From: Paraphysomonas bandaiensis
Taxonomy: Eukaryota > Protista > Chrysophyceae
NCBI GenBank assembly: GCA_965644295.1
Contig: CBFFRP010000066.1
Span: 124,001 to 188,000, forward strand
Direction: 5' to 3'
Length of the DNA stretch: 64,000 nt
Of the stretch, positions 36,753 to 50,600 are shown one piece after another. The translations under genes and the position numbers were made by a program. The first letter of the stretch is position 1, and every line of letters begins with the position of its first letter. The notes beneath the pieces are model-generated. The model made no database searches, was not told where the DNA came from, and saw nothing but the letters and a program-made list of their open reading frames with translations.

Positions 36753-37320
36753 TCATCTGTTTTGGTTCCGTCGTTGTTGGGGATCTATTATATTCAACCA
36801 AGTCAAATTGGTTGAACTACCTAGTCCGGTGAAGTTCATTTCATGGGCATCGAACCCAACTATCATAGGGTGGGGAAGGATGTCATCAGGGGCATCCAAG
36901 AAGCGACACTTCCATCGAAGGAGTTTTGGCACTACGCAAAAATCTACGCACATATCATTCACATACTGGGGGTGGATAACGTACGTATTCTTCCAGTCCT
37001 CTCAGTGCACACAGCGTTTACGTGATCAATTGTCTGCCAACCGTTAACGGTATTCTCCTCTCCGTTACTCCTTCGCTCTCAAGCAAGCATAATAAATCCG
37101 AACATTGCATGCATCATCATAGCATTGTGTATTATAAACAGTAATATATATATGCATATATATGCACAACTACCTTGCCAAGACTCTACTGCACAACAGA
37201 CTCATAGAGTAAGTTATATCCACAGCTTCATGCACCCTCCTCCCCATAACACTAACAGGGACCCATCGCGATATACTTATAAGCTAGAGATAGACTCTAT
37301 AGACATACATCGACCTGTGT
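36753..37320 (-). CDS. Possible small multi-exon hypothetical gene
   Basis: Coding-like segments GVTEENTVNGWQTIDHVNAVCTERTGRI and FCVVPKLLRWKCRFLDAP... separated by a gtacgt...tag intron-like stretch; no recognisable family; boundaries uncertain. Confidence 0.3.
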
Positions 37321-37789
37321 TACGTAGATATGTATATATGAGCTTATTGTTATGTTTACCTGTTTATTTTGATGCTCAGTAAGCCATGCATACGCATGTG
37401 AGATGGTATCTTAGACAGTCACAGTACGTAATCAATAGATATAAGAACGACTACATAATAGCAATTGCGTCCTTATTATGCATATATACAAATAATATAA
37501 ACTAGATATGATCAGCATGGAACATACACACAACAACGAGATGTAATCTTGCTTATAAAAAACGGTATTCGTATAAACTTGCAAAGATAATTAAAAGTAT
37601 TGCAAGAGAACTAACATGATTTAGAATTTAGATAAGCAGTACAACGAATAAATGGTGTTCTATATCATTGGTATACCCTCTATCTACTAGTCTAGTAACA
37701 AGAAAAAGGATGGAGATGTGAGGTATTCGTGATCTACTCATCACCATGATCATGTGGAGAGAAAGGTGGGGCATATAGACAGGTTATTA

Positions 37790-39273
37790 CCACTAAATTC
37801 GTAGTGAAATATCCTACAAAAAAAGGAATAGGCTAGCTACACGACACATAATTTTAGCGATTGCCTTTTTTGCAGACATACATATAGTGATTCGGTGAAA
37901 CCTCTTCCTGCTCCAGCGGCGTAGAGATAGGAACTTTCGCTGCATAAAATTAGAAATTACAATGGTGCAACATGTATTGCTCATAGCACTTACGAATCTC
38001 CATAACTTCAACAGTCCACTGAATATCATTTCTGGTATTGAAATACTGCAGGCGATGTGAGGGTACCCCATGCGATATGACCAAGAATGACCCATTTGGT
38101 TTGAGTACACGGTGAATCTCTGTCAAATACTCATCCACTTTCTTGAGGTTTAACTCGTTGCATAAAAATGTATCCAATAGCGCTGGACTCGCAGAATGGG
38201 GCAATTAAGACCACGTTTATGCGAAACGTGCATACATACCTTTATCAACTACTAAGTCGAAACAATCATCAGGAATGTATTCCATGTGTGTAGCATCCAT
38301 TAAAGTAACTGTAAATCGTTGAAGTTAGCTGTAGAGTTACATTATCAAATAATCGTATTTACATTCCATCTCATCCCTGTCAGAAAAACGGTCGTTCATT
38401 TGATTTATCACCACCATCGACGTGTCAATATTCGTCACATTCGTGAATCCAGAGTCATACAAATCAGCCCCTAATTCTACATAAACACGCAGCGAATCAG
38501 CAACACAATAAAGTAGCTACATTTTACATACTCGAATTGCCACAACCAGGTATAAGTATCTCGAAGTTGGGCCCTCCAGTGAGATACTTTGACATAGCGT
38601 CTTTTAGCTAATAGTAAAATTACTACAAATATATTAATACGACTAGTATAAAAACCGTTGAATAGTCTTGATACCAATCAAATATTTCATCACTGAAAAA
38701 ACAAAAATTAATAACAATAATTCACACTACCAAACAAAAACAACAATACTACGATTGATAAACAATACACAAGTAACAATAACTCGACAACGATAATAGT
38801 GGCAACTATGACATGAATAGTACAAACAAGTTGATGATGATGCTTATTAATACTGACAACAATGCATGACAATCAGAGATAACAATCAGAGACAATAACA
38901 TCAACAACAGCAACAGTAATAAGAGCAACCAACAGCTCTAATAATCATAAGTAACGATAGTATACACATACATACATACATACATACATACACATACATA
39001 CATGAGTCAGAGTGCATACCATACATATATATACATACATACACATATATATATACACATATATATATACATATATGAGTCACAGTATACGTAAAATACA
39101 CTATACACTATACACTATAGCCATCTACATACACATATATACATACATGATGAGACCATCTAGCACACGTGTATGTATATACATGCAGCTGTATGATAGT
39201 GTCACAGTGAGTAGAGTATACACCTGGCAGCATATCTTTCATCCCAATAGGATGGATTACCATAGTCTGGCAT
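37790..39273 (-). CDS. EEF1AKMT4/METTL13-N-like class I SAM-dependent methyltransferase (multi-exon; 3' end approximate)
   Basis: Exons reconstruct MPDYGNPSYWDERY / FDWYQDY / ILIPGCGNS / LGADLYDSGFTNVTNIDTS..VINQM / MDATHM...DDCFDLVVDK / ALLD...EIHRVLKPNGSFLVISHG / HYMYVCKK. Confidence 0.88.
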
Positions 39274-39440
39274 AACTGAGTATGTATCAGGAGAGGAATG
39301 AGTGGGGGAGTGATATGATGTGGTCGATCTTGTTATATATACACAATCTATGAGTGTATGTATGTATATGTAGGTGTATATATACGATATGGACGTATAC
39401 ACGTATGTACTACTGCGGTCTATATGCTATACACATGTAT
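38960..39440. repeat. AC/AT-rich microsatellite-like tracts (intron 1 and upstream of the methyltransferase)
   Basis: acatacatac, atatatac and gtatgtatgt runs. Confidence 0.8.
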
Positions 39441-41600
39441 GTATATCTATACGCTTCTACTCGTACTGGGGGTGGTTGGGAATATCAATTTTATTGATAT
39501 GTTGATTGTTTATTTCATTGAAAAATCATCATTTTTTCAAGTGAAAAGTGAAAAAAAGTGACTTTTTAAGGTGCACAACCACCTTATGTATACAGTATAC
39601 AGTACTTGTTATATACCAGTCTACACACATATATATACACTGCTGTGGTTTTGGGAATATTTATGTACATATAAACCTGCAATTTTTGCACCTGAAAATT
39701 CATAATATCATCATTCTGGTATATTTTACATGTTTTACATATGGAAATTTGTACATTTCTAAAATATTAGCTTTTTTAGAAAATCTTTTGTTGTCAACAT
39801 CTATAACATCTAAAAAATCACAGTTTTTTGTAGAAAATCGTAGTATTTAGTGGGTTCAGTTTACAGTTACAGAGTGAGTCCTCTTCATATAAGACTGTAA
39901 AGCTGTGTGTGAGGTTGAAGATATCCAACTCAAGTAAAGAACTTTCTTTAGAAATAAATAATCAAGTGAAAAAACTGTTTAGATGACTTTCATTTCCGTA
40001 GAATAGTCATCCTTGAAGCAGGAACGTTTGTGTTGACATTGTTATCCACCTTCAATATCGATGCAAACGTTCTTGCTTCAATGACGGCTATTCTGCGTAA
40101 ATGAGGGTCATCCAAACAGCCCTTCACTTGGTCATGTGTCACGTTGCATGCGGAGCTGACAGAACAAAGAAAACATGCATCCATTTTCAATATCAACACA
40201 AACATTCCTTACAATAAACACGAACGTATCCAACACGATATCTTATAAAACTAAGCTGATAGACGTCTATATATCTCAAAGCCTGATATTATACACTGAT
40301 ATATTGCCGATTAAGGATTCAGATAAATTTTGTACTGACAATGAACCATTAGTATATGCTCCACACACAGTGTGGTCATAGTATAGGCTCGCTGGTGCAT
40401 ATATAGAGTAATGCAGTCCAACCCACCCATCCGTTGACTACATTGAATGACCATATAGACAGAGCTACCCCACTACCTCACCCGTGGTCGACATGACATA
40501 GCTACACATGACTCATGCATATATTATATAGGCCTAGAATAGTATTGGCTGGGCCCCTCTGCTCCTCAGAATCTTGTAGGGCTCATGTATGTATAGTGTA
40601 GAACTCGTTGGAGCTTGCTTTGTGCCACACACAAAGAATACACTGCCGTGATTATAATAAAGATATATCGTGTTCTCAGCGTTATCAACACTACGTGTAC
40701 TCGTAGTAGTACATATATGACGATGATGAAAATCGGATTACTGGCAGTAAGACTGGTGTTTATTGCAAAGAAATGAGAGAATAAGTTCATGCTTCAGTGT
40801 ACAAACTTGAACCTCAAAGACCGCTTTAGTTTTACGTACAGAAAATAGTTGTGTGAAAGAAACAGCAACAACGCCACCGAGGGCATCAAGAAAATATGAT
40901 TCTATACTTATCCCCGGTTCTGTAACTCATCCTACCTCTGCTCTCAGTTCGTAACTATCTCAGGTTTCCATGACGGTGTACAAATTCTAGTCGATAGACA
41001 ATAGACATCTCTATCATTGTTATACACCTACGGGAAATATTATTCAACCTACTCAAGTTGCTTGAATTACTTAGTCACACTAACTTTGTTGTGAAAAAGT
41101 TTAAGTAACATTCAATATCTGCATTCATTAATTGATAGGTAGGGTTATACCATAAACACCTAATCACCCTAGTCATTGTCAATATGAAATATAAAATGAC
41201 TAGATTTTCAACCCCTTGACTAGGATTTTACACTACTTTTGGTGCGACTAGGCCCAATAACCAAAAAATAGAGCCCTACACCTACAGACCAGATATTACG
41301 TTGTATACATGCAATATCAACATGGCTAAGTGTCATTTGTCAAGTACAACTCTTTTAAGCACTCAAAGCTTAACTAACACTCATAGTAATCGATGGTACC
41401 AATATTCAAGAAAAAAATACACCAAATCTGAAGTAAAAATGCAACGTATTCCATATTCATAATTTAGCGATAAATAAAAGTTACGTTTAATCCACTGCAA
41501 TATTTCTCAAAATCGGCGAGCTGAGAGAAATAACGTCATTGTAACAAGCAGTACTCACATCGAATCACCTAGCCAAATATTCAGAAACTAAAAAGCAATT

Positions 41601-44600
41601 CTAAACCCCATCACGTTTTCTCTGCGGGTGCTGTTCCCATGAGGTAACCTCATCGGTTGCAATGTCGCATAACAGAAGCGGGCTACTAGTATGTTCGCAC
41701 TCTGCTGCCCACCACCTCGCATTGTGTGCAATGTCCACACCTAGGCAATGTAGCCGTAGTTTGATTTCACTTATTTCTTTCTTGTACAACTCGCACTCTT
41801 TTGCCCTTTCTCGTTTCCACTCATGAAGCATCCAGTAAAAATTCTTCAATTTCAACTGTGCTGTATCCTTCGATATCACCTGGTTCATCGATTTCAATAA
41901 GGCAGTCACCGGCGATTCATCGTTCTCCACACGCATTGATAAACGAAATTCAAGCAATTCTTTCAATTTTAACTCACAAATATGAAGCTTTTTTTGTAAT
42001 TGACATGCTTCAGAACCACTCGACCAGTCATTTTCAGGTGGCCTTATATATGTGGGTTTAACCTCTCTCTCGGAGATACACCCAAAGCATGCTCGTATGC
42101 ACCTAACGACCTTATCCATCATTCCTTCTCGCTGGTTCAAGCGCATAACTTCCCAGGCATGGTCAATCATAAGGTCATCAACAGAAGAGGTCCAATTTCT
42201 CAGTGAACTCTCATGCGCATCATCATAAACACTTCCAGTGACATTGATAAAAATGTTTGCTAGTATAAGTGTTCCAACAAAGGATACAGTAACAAAGAAA
42301 ATTACAGCAGTAACTTTGGCTCCGCTGCCGTTATCACTCACGAGAAACTGCTCTGCATTCCCTCCGACCATTGCTTCAAAGTAAGATTCCCCGAGTAGTG
42401 ACGAAAATATTGCAAAGATGCTTAGTCCAAAAGATGCAAATTCAACTGCATGACCACCAAAGCGGACGAAAACACCTATTCCCAACGCAACAATAAAAAA
42501 CGCCAAAAATATGGTAAACGTGAGAACCCTCAAACTTAGCAGAGTACTGAGAAGTGACAGCATATCTGGGCCTATTAGAGGAAGAAATTGAAGGTACTTT
42601 ATGAACTTGAGGAACGCGCCCATCAGAGCTAAGCTAACGACAAATTCAGCCCACATGTAACTGAGTCCAACCCCCCAAAGATCGATGAAACGTTCGCTCT
42701 CATCTTTGTCTGAATCAGTAAATTCATTCAACTCTGCACGTCCGGATAACCTTGCGGCACATATCAAACAACACCAGATTATACCGAGAATGTACACAAC
42801 AAGATCAAATATATTCCAGCGATCCATAAAGTACCGTTTTGCGCTTACTTCTACCATTTCGTAACTTTCTTCGACCAAGAATAATAAAAATATTGCTCCC
42901 ACACAGGCGACAAGTATATCCGCTACTCCAGCTTTGCTCACGGATGAGACAGGTAATACAATAAAATCAGATGATGGAACAGTGTCACCAGCACCAGGGA
43001 AATCAATACGAAGTAGAGCGAGCTGGAGGAGATCTTCACGCACGTTTCCGACCACATATTCGATGCGCACTGCTTTAGTTGCGCCATCAACCCATCCTTC
43101 GCTCTCAAGTGATGCGATTATAGCAGTTGCAGCTGAGGAATTGTCTCCAGGCAGAACAACTTCATATGAAAGTTCACTCGAAGAAGATGAGCGTAAACGA
43201 TAACATCTCTCAGTATCAGCATCTCCCTCATCTGGTGCAAGATCATTCCAGGCATCATTGACATTGCCCGTACACGAAGATTCTTCTCGGCTCTGTAGCA
43301 AGCGAATACCACCAATGAGGCGATTATGATGATCAAGCCATCCGTCAGAAAAACCATCGGGATAGAGATTATCTATCATTGTGCTACCCAAAAATGACCA
43401 CATGTCTCCTTCATTCCCAATGTCGTTAAAAGTCTTTACAGCGTGAGCATCTTCATCTAGAGGAAATTCGTTGCCCATTGTTTTCTCGGCGGCGAGTTCA
43501 TTAAATCTGAACTTGCTGGACGATATATGACTACAAAATAATGCCGATATTGTGAAAAATATTACAAATACTGCATAGAAAATCGATTTTTTAATTGCAT
43601 ATTTGGTTATCCAAACGCAGCGATCGTACGCAACACTTTCATTTTCATTTAATGATTGTAGTACATCATGACACACTTTCAGCTTTTTGTGTGCTAATGG
43701 TAGCTCGTCAACATCGTAACTGGATTCTCGATCTTCCAATGAATTTACCAGACGTTGCTGTCTGTGTACGCGCAAAAGTGCCATGACATGTGCGTTTGGA
43801 ATTGGCCGACAGCCTTTCGCTTCTGAATTCCCAATCATATGTTCCGAAGGTCTTGGCACAGAAGCATACGAGCACTGTTCAGGGTGTACTTTGCTGACAT
43901 TTTTATTTGGCCACTTGCTACTGAAATTATTCTTCCCATTAGTATCTTCTGGTTGGTATACCTCTGCTGGACATATTCTTGCGCTTTTCGGTCGATGTGT
44001 TGTATCATATTCTTCAGGTGGAAGACATAATAATGGGTCTGCATGGGCATCAAGGAGAGCCAATACAATTCCATAATGACCATGATACACTGCACGGGAT
44101 AACAAAGTCCAGCCGGCAGAAGTTCTCCACTGGATATCTGAAACTATTGAGTTCCCATGTCCGACGGCATTGGCAATGAAGTCACTGTTCATTCTTTCTG
44201 CATTTTCCAGAAAACTTCGAACAAGGAACTCCCGACCGTATTCCACAGCAGCATACAATGGGTGAATATCTAGTGGAAGAGCTCGCTTATCTTTGTTCCA
44301 CTCCTTTTCAACTAAGGACAGAACAAACAACGCATGCTTCGTCACATCGACCTGTGATCCCGACGAAACGGAGCACATGGTATAAAGTAACGAACATAGA
44401 GACTCCAATGACTCACCAATATCAAACGACGCACCCCGGGCAAGTATTCGCTCAACTATATCACTCTGGCCGCTACTGACAGCCATATACAACGATGATT
44501 CACCGACCCTTGAACCAATTTTCAGACGCCCTTGCACATGAAGGAGATCTGGGTTTTCCCACAATCGAATAATTCCATCTTGGCTGCGCAAATATGCCCA

Positions 44601-47600
44601 ACGAAGATTGCTATCCAGATGGAGTTGCTCCGGAGCTTCATGAGCTTCTAAATATGGAAACTTTCGAGTACATATGTTTCTGGAATCAGTTTCACTTAAA
44701 GTTAACGGGCACTTGGCTCGTCGGTTAAGAAGTAGTTTAGCAGCATTAAATTGTCTCGACACCAGTGCAGTTTGCAAAACTGTTCGATACTCATCAGCAA
44801 ATAAAGTAGACCTTGACAACCAAGGCAGACCTCCATAGGTGATAGATTTTTTACAACTTTTGTACTCGTATCGAACTAAGAATAATAAATAACATACCGC
44901 TTCGCCCAATTCACAAGCAGATGGACGATTCGGGAACACAGTAGGAATCTTTACAGAAAGAGCATCCATCCGAGATTTATCATATGCATCGAGATTGGAG
45001 CATCGTTTCATTAGTTTGTCCTTGTTTTGCTCCATCACCTTCAGTATCCCAACAGAATGTACATAAGAAACTCGTTTGCGAAGCATTTCTGCTAGCCATT
45101 CAACGGCCTCTTGCTCCAGATAAAGAAGCCCTTGAATTGCAAATTTTCGTATTTTTCTAATTTCATCTTCTATTACTGCAATGGCAGTGGAATCATCGCA
45201 AGTATGGTCGACAATAGGTGGAACTTCGTGGGCATGTGGCAACCAAAAATATCTTTCTTTCGACTCACTGCGCTTGTCAGCACAAAATGATCTTTTCATC
45301 CTTGGACACCAATACACACTCCAGAACCCATGCTCTTCGTATCGGTATGATCGTTCTGTAATTGCTTTCCACGATAATTCGTGGTAAGAGTTAAATTCAT
45401 AGTTGGACTCACCAATAAAATCAGTGTAATCAGGGGATTCGATTCGGCACCACCCATGTACAGGGGTATCCAACGACTGGGTTAACCTAGGTGGAGAGCG
45501 ATAACATCCGCAACACCAGAAATCTTCAAGGTATTCTGCATGAGATGATGATATACTATTCGATCGATCGGGAGTGTACCACATAACATTTCGAAGAGAA
45601 CGAGTTCTGAGACCACTGCATCCATCATGTCCTATCATACACTCAACGAGAGCTAACCGTGATTTAGGAGGGTACAAATCATCACTGGCACTGAGAAGTA
45701 TATGTAGCGCGTCGACAGCATCGTCATCATCAACACGGATTGAAATTCCCTGTGAGATAGAACCGTTATCCTCATCGTCTTCATCATCACTCATAATAAC
45801 TTCACTGGCAGCTTCATTTCGCGTCGACGCCAGGTACGACGCCAATTTCACCCAGCAGTGGCGTACTGCATACGACAATGGCGCAGCTAAAAAAGACTGA
45901 AAAGATGCGTAGCTCGTGATATGCAATAAGGGATCAGCTTTCCCAATAAATAAAAATTCAATTGCAACGCTTCGAAGTCCAAGAGCCAATGCAACTTCGC
46001 CTGCTGTACTCAGTGAATCGTCTCGACAACTTAGCATTCGAATAGACTGCTGTTTGACGATCGCGAGGCCAATTTCCACTGCCGACTTGTCGTTTAAGTC
46101 ATTGTCATCAATGACTAGTTCCCTAAGTCCAAAATTATTCGAAATACCAGTAGCAATTTCATGTCCACCAGCAGGGCCTAAGTCATTGCCAGATATGTTC
46201 AATCGCAATAATACTTCGTTTCCCTGCAATGCATGAGCTATATGCTTGGCACCTCGCTGTCCTATACCATTCCGGCTGATATCCAGCGTCGTCAGACTTC
46301 TGTGCACCGACATGACAGACCGTGCAAGTGGAACTATTCCAGTGGGTCCCAATTGGCAACCTGAAATATTTAATATAGCCATTTGGTCACAATCCATGAC
46401 AGATTCACATAAGCATAGGGCCCCAGCGGCTCTGATTCCGCAATCAGATAAGTCAAGATGTGTCAATGACGTGCTGCCGCTAATTGCATCTGCCAATTCA
46501 GCTATAGCAGATTGTACACCTGGATTTCCGCTCAAAATAAGATGTCTCAATTGCGAGTAACTCAAAATGTCAGTGAGCATCCTAATTGCATCAATATTTA
46601 AATTACAGCTACGCATAGAAAGATAGAAAAGATGTGGGGGAAGTGAACCAGATACAAATTTGCCAATTCCAGCGCCCACTTCATCCACGATGTGAACATT
46701 TTCAATATGCAGCAATTGTAACTCAGGGCATATATTGCAGTCGGTCAAAATTTGCATCAAGTCTAGCAGTGAGTGCTTTATTGCTTGAACATCACATATA
46801 CTTATCTCGAGAAGAGTCGACCCAATCTTTTTCACTGCAGCTGAAATATGATCCACACCGACAGCATTGTGCAGGCGCAGAGCACTGTACTCCAAGACGC
46901 TATTACTTTCCATATTCGGGTTACCAATATAACATTTTAAAGCACAATTCATGTCATCGGCGTTGATGGATGAAAGTGATATCCCCCTTAATTCTAAACA
47001 ACATGATCCCTTATCACGATTACTGAAAGAGTCTGGGGTAGGAAACCAATACGCAGATTCACCAATAATAGTTGTCGTATCTGGTAAACTAAGCTTGTAA
47101 GAGATTGGAAGAGGAGGAGAAAATATAAATCGGTGTTTCAGCTCGTTACGTATATTCACATTCGAAGGATGAAGCCAGAAATCTGTCACGTCGGTATTAT
47201 CTGCTGTCTTAAAAGTGCAAGAAAATCCATGTTGCAATCGCGCGGGAGCCACTGAACTGCCTTTCATATCAATGTCATCTGGAGCATCAAACTTGCTCGC
47301 ATATATGGCTGAATATAGGTGAGTTCCATTCCTAAGTGGAACGAATTCACCAGTACTCTGTGATTGCAGCGCCAATTCGCATTTTTCTATTTGAAACGGT
47401 CGTTCCCCTAGATTGACGGACACACAGCAGTTCGGATGTAGTGAAATCGCAGGAAGTACACCGCCTAATTTACATCTTATTAAACGCCCAATAGAGAACG
47501 GTTTGACATAACATTTCTCAGCATCCGTATCACTACTGTCAAGAGCTGGCACAATCACCTCGTAGGTGTCGTCAATGCCACAGTTTTTTTTGAAGTCTTC

Positions 47601-50600
47601 GAAGCGTAGCAATCGTTTTCGCTTAGATTCATCTTCAAACTTTGACAAAATTCGCTTCTGACGAAACAAAAAGTATTCGCAAACACCTGTATCAGTGTCG
47701 AAGGAGCAACCTATGATATCTCCAGATGCAATACTTCGTCCCGACGAAGGAGGGTGTTGAGGAACAGGAACTCCATTACTCTCCCAAGGAACAGGTTTAC
47801 CAGAATGCACAAAACAAGGACCTGTTTTGTCACCAGAAACATTGGCCCAACGACCCCAAGGTCGAGAGTCAGCGGCTCGCAAACCCCAGCTGAGACGATC
47901 ATCACCAACTCCACGATAACTATACGACTCTCCCCGAAATTTCTTAGTTGCCCAACCTATTGTCATTTGCCCTCCTTCATTGGGGTTACGGGTCGGGTTA
48001 AGCCTTCCACGCCCTTCACCACCCAACTCTATCACTTCAATCTCATAGTATATGACACCGCACGGCCAAGTTATGCCATCAAAAGTTGCAACAAGAGAGA
48101 TGTAACCATCATGCGAAGTAATGACGCCGTCATTGCGAATACCAACGAATGGTGCACCTGAAGTTGGAATCATATTTTGTTTTACTTTCATGTCATCCAC
48201 TACTCGTAGTTTCGTCTGGGGAATTAAGTTCTGTTGTCGCACCATATTCTCATACCCATCTACAAAATCAGGAACATTCTTTGGCACAAAAACTCGATGA
48301 GAACCAAATATCGAAATAATCGGCCTCAGCATCGGCAGCAAGATTGAGTCAAATGACGTTAAGTACTGCAACGAACCGTCCTTTTTTCGTTGAAAGTAAT
48401 CTATTCTTCTCTCGTCCATGTCGACCCTCATGTGAATGCGTACGCGCTTCTTACCCCATGACTGTCTCTCCTCCGTAAAAATAGCCCGTTTATCGGCGTG
48501 GCATATGCTTCGAGTAAGAGGGGAAAGTATATAGCCCTGAGGGTGTGTTGCTGGATTCTTGCTCATATCAAGAGCTGGAAAATAGTCAGGACCAACACAT
48601 CCTATCCCGCTGTCATACTCACCCCAATACCTATAGCCATCAAAAACAATCTCGAGGTACCATTTTCCTGTGAACAGAGCGCACTCGGATAAGAGGACAT
48701 TGTTACTTTTCCAAGTATAATTCTTTTGACGCAGCTCAATTTTATCTTCTTTTTCTTCGGCTACCACCCGAGGGCCAAAGCACAAAAATGACGACTCGTG
48801 GTATCCTATGTGTTTGGTGCTTTCAGAAACTATTCCGCGTAAAAATTCAACAACAGTTGCAAAAACTGGGCGAACCCCCGGAAGACCAGGAGCAAATTTA
48901 AAACCACATTGTCCCAAATTCAAATCAAATTCTAAGCCAGCTTCAAATATCACAACTGGGGAGATATAAAACGCCCAATCCAGCGGTTTTAGTCCGCTTA
49001 AACTCTCAACAGCCACACCATTGAAATAGAATCGAGCATGTCGCCCAGTCATATCAGCAAGGCATCCAATGACATCACCAACTGAGTATACCACACTTGA
49101 GGTACTAAATATATGTGAGCCTACATTGTCGGAGCCCGGAAGTGCTGGGTGTCCAGATATTGTGCATATATGTTGTTCGTCCTTTGCCCTATTCCACATT
49201 CCATCTACCCACCCAACAGAAAGGGAGCCTTTACTTTTCACAATGGCAACTTCAAAGTAAAATTTATCACTACCATTAAACGGAACCAAAACTACTCCAT
49301 TAGGAATTATAGTCGTTCTATTAAAGTTACTCGCTGGGCATCGCGCAATACCGGTGTGAACAATTAAATTTTCCCCGCTAGCAATTATTGGCTGAGCCAC
49401 ATTGCCGAAAGATGACATCACATGATGAGCTGGCAACAATTCGCAGTCTGTCTCCGAAAAAGAATCAGTTGATGAGCAAATTGCAATTTCATTTGCGCCA
49501 TCGGAGGCTTCCTTTTGTCGGGCCTGTAACAGCCACATTTCACGATTCTCCTTGTTGGTTGTGGTATCAGTAGATGGCATTCGCTCATTTTTCATTTCAG
49601 TAAGAATAATTTCGCGACAATAAATGGCTTCTTCTTCACGAGTTGGTTCAAGAATCGCTGACATAAACTCATCAAGGGATATAATACCATTGCCATCAGT
49701 GTCAGTCATTTCTACAACACTATTCACAACCCCCTCGATATCAGGAACATCAGCACCAACCGTCGCTATAAGTTTTTCGGCAAATTCAGATCGCAAGTCG
49801 GATTCAAAATTCGTATTTCCAGTAATTTCTACAAATTTACTTTTAAAATACTTGTACTTCGCAAAAAAACTTTGAGATCCCTGATAGCTCTCTAACAGCT
49901 TCTCGCGAATGCTTTGGATCGCAGTTGCAGCCGTCAGAAGGTTTCTGTATATGAGATCTTTACTCTGCAAGTCACTATCCACGCCAAGAACACGACGTAT
50001 TGGGCCTTCTAATGATTTTACGCCGTCCATACCGAGTCGTGGCCTACTCTTCAACAGTTGATCAACCCACTCGCTGAGGTTATCCAGCGACTGCAAAGTT
50101 TGCAAGAGGTGCCAGATTTCTGATGGCGAAAAGAATAGCTCGTTGTTATATAGTCGAAGAACTTGAAGCATCGAGAAAAGACTCGTCCTATGATCGTCGT
50201 GATTTCCATCCTCTCGATATCCTCGTCGAGTTAGTAACAAATCTTTTGCAAAGGACCCATCCACAGATGATACATTACTTCTTGTGCTCGCACTTCCAGA
50301 AAAGCAAAATCCACTTGGTGTTACCAGTTTTAAACGTGAAGTCAAACTGAATGTGCTTTGATTCAGCATCGCATACCGCAATGACTGTGCTTCTTCAAGA
50401 GTGACCATAACAACATCAGTAAAATCGTTTGCTTCCACAAGGACGACACAGCGAACCGGTCGCAATATTGCACGAGAGTCATGCGGAATATCATCGCCAT
50501 GGGAATGAAAATCAGATATTCCAAAATTGCATGATACCAGCATACTCTGTGGAAGATTGGGAAGTAAACACGGAGGTTCCCTAGCGACAGGTTTATAGCA

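Noticed and set aside
39880-40800. Short minus-strand ORFs 39990..40205 and 40566..40790
   Set aside because: No recognisable motifs or consistent splice model
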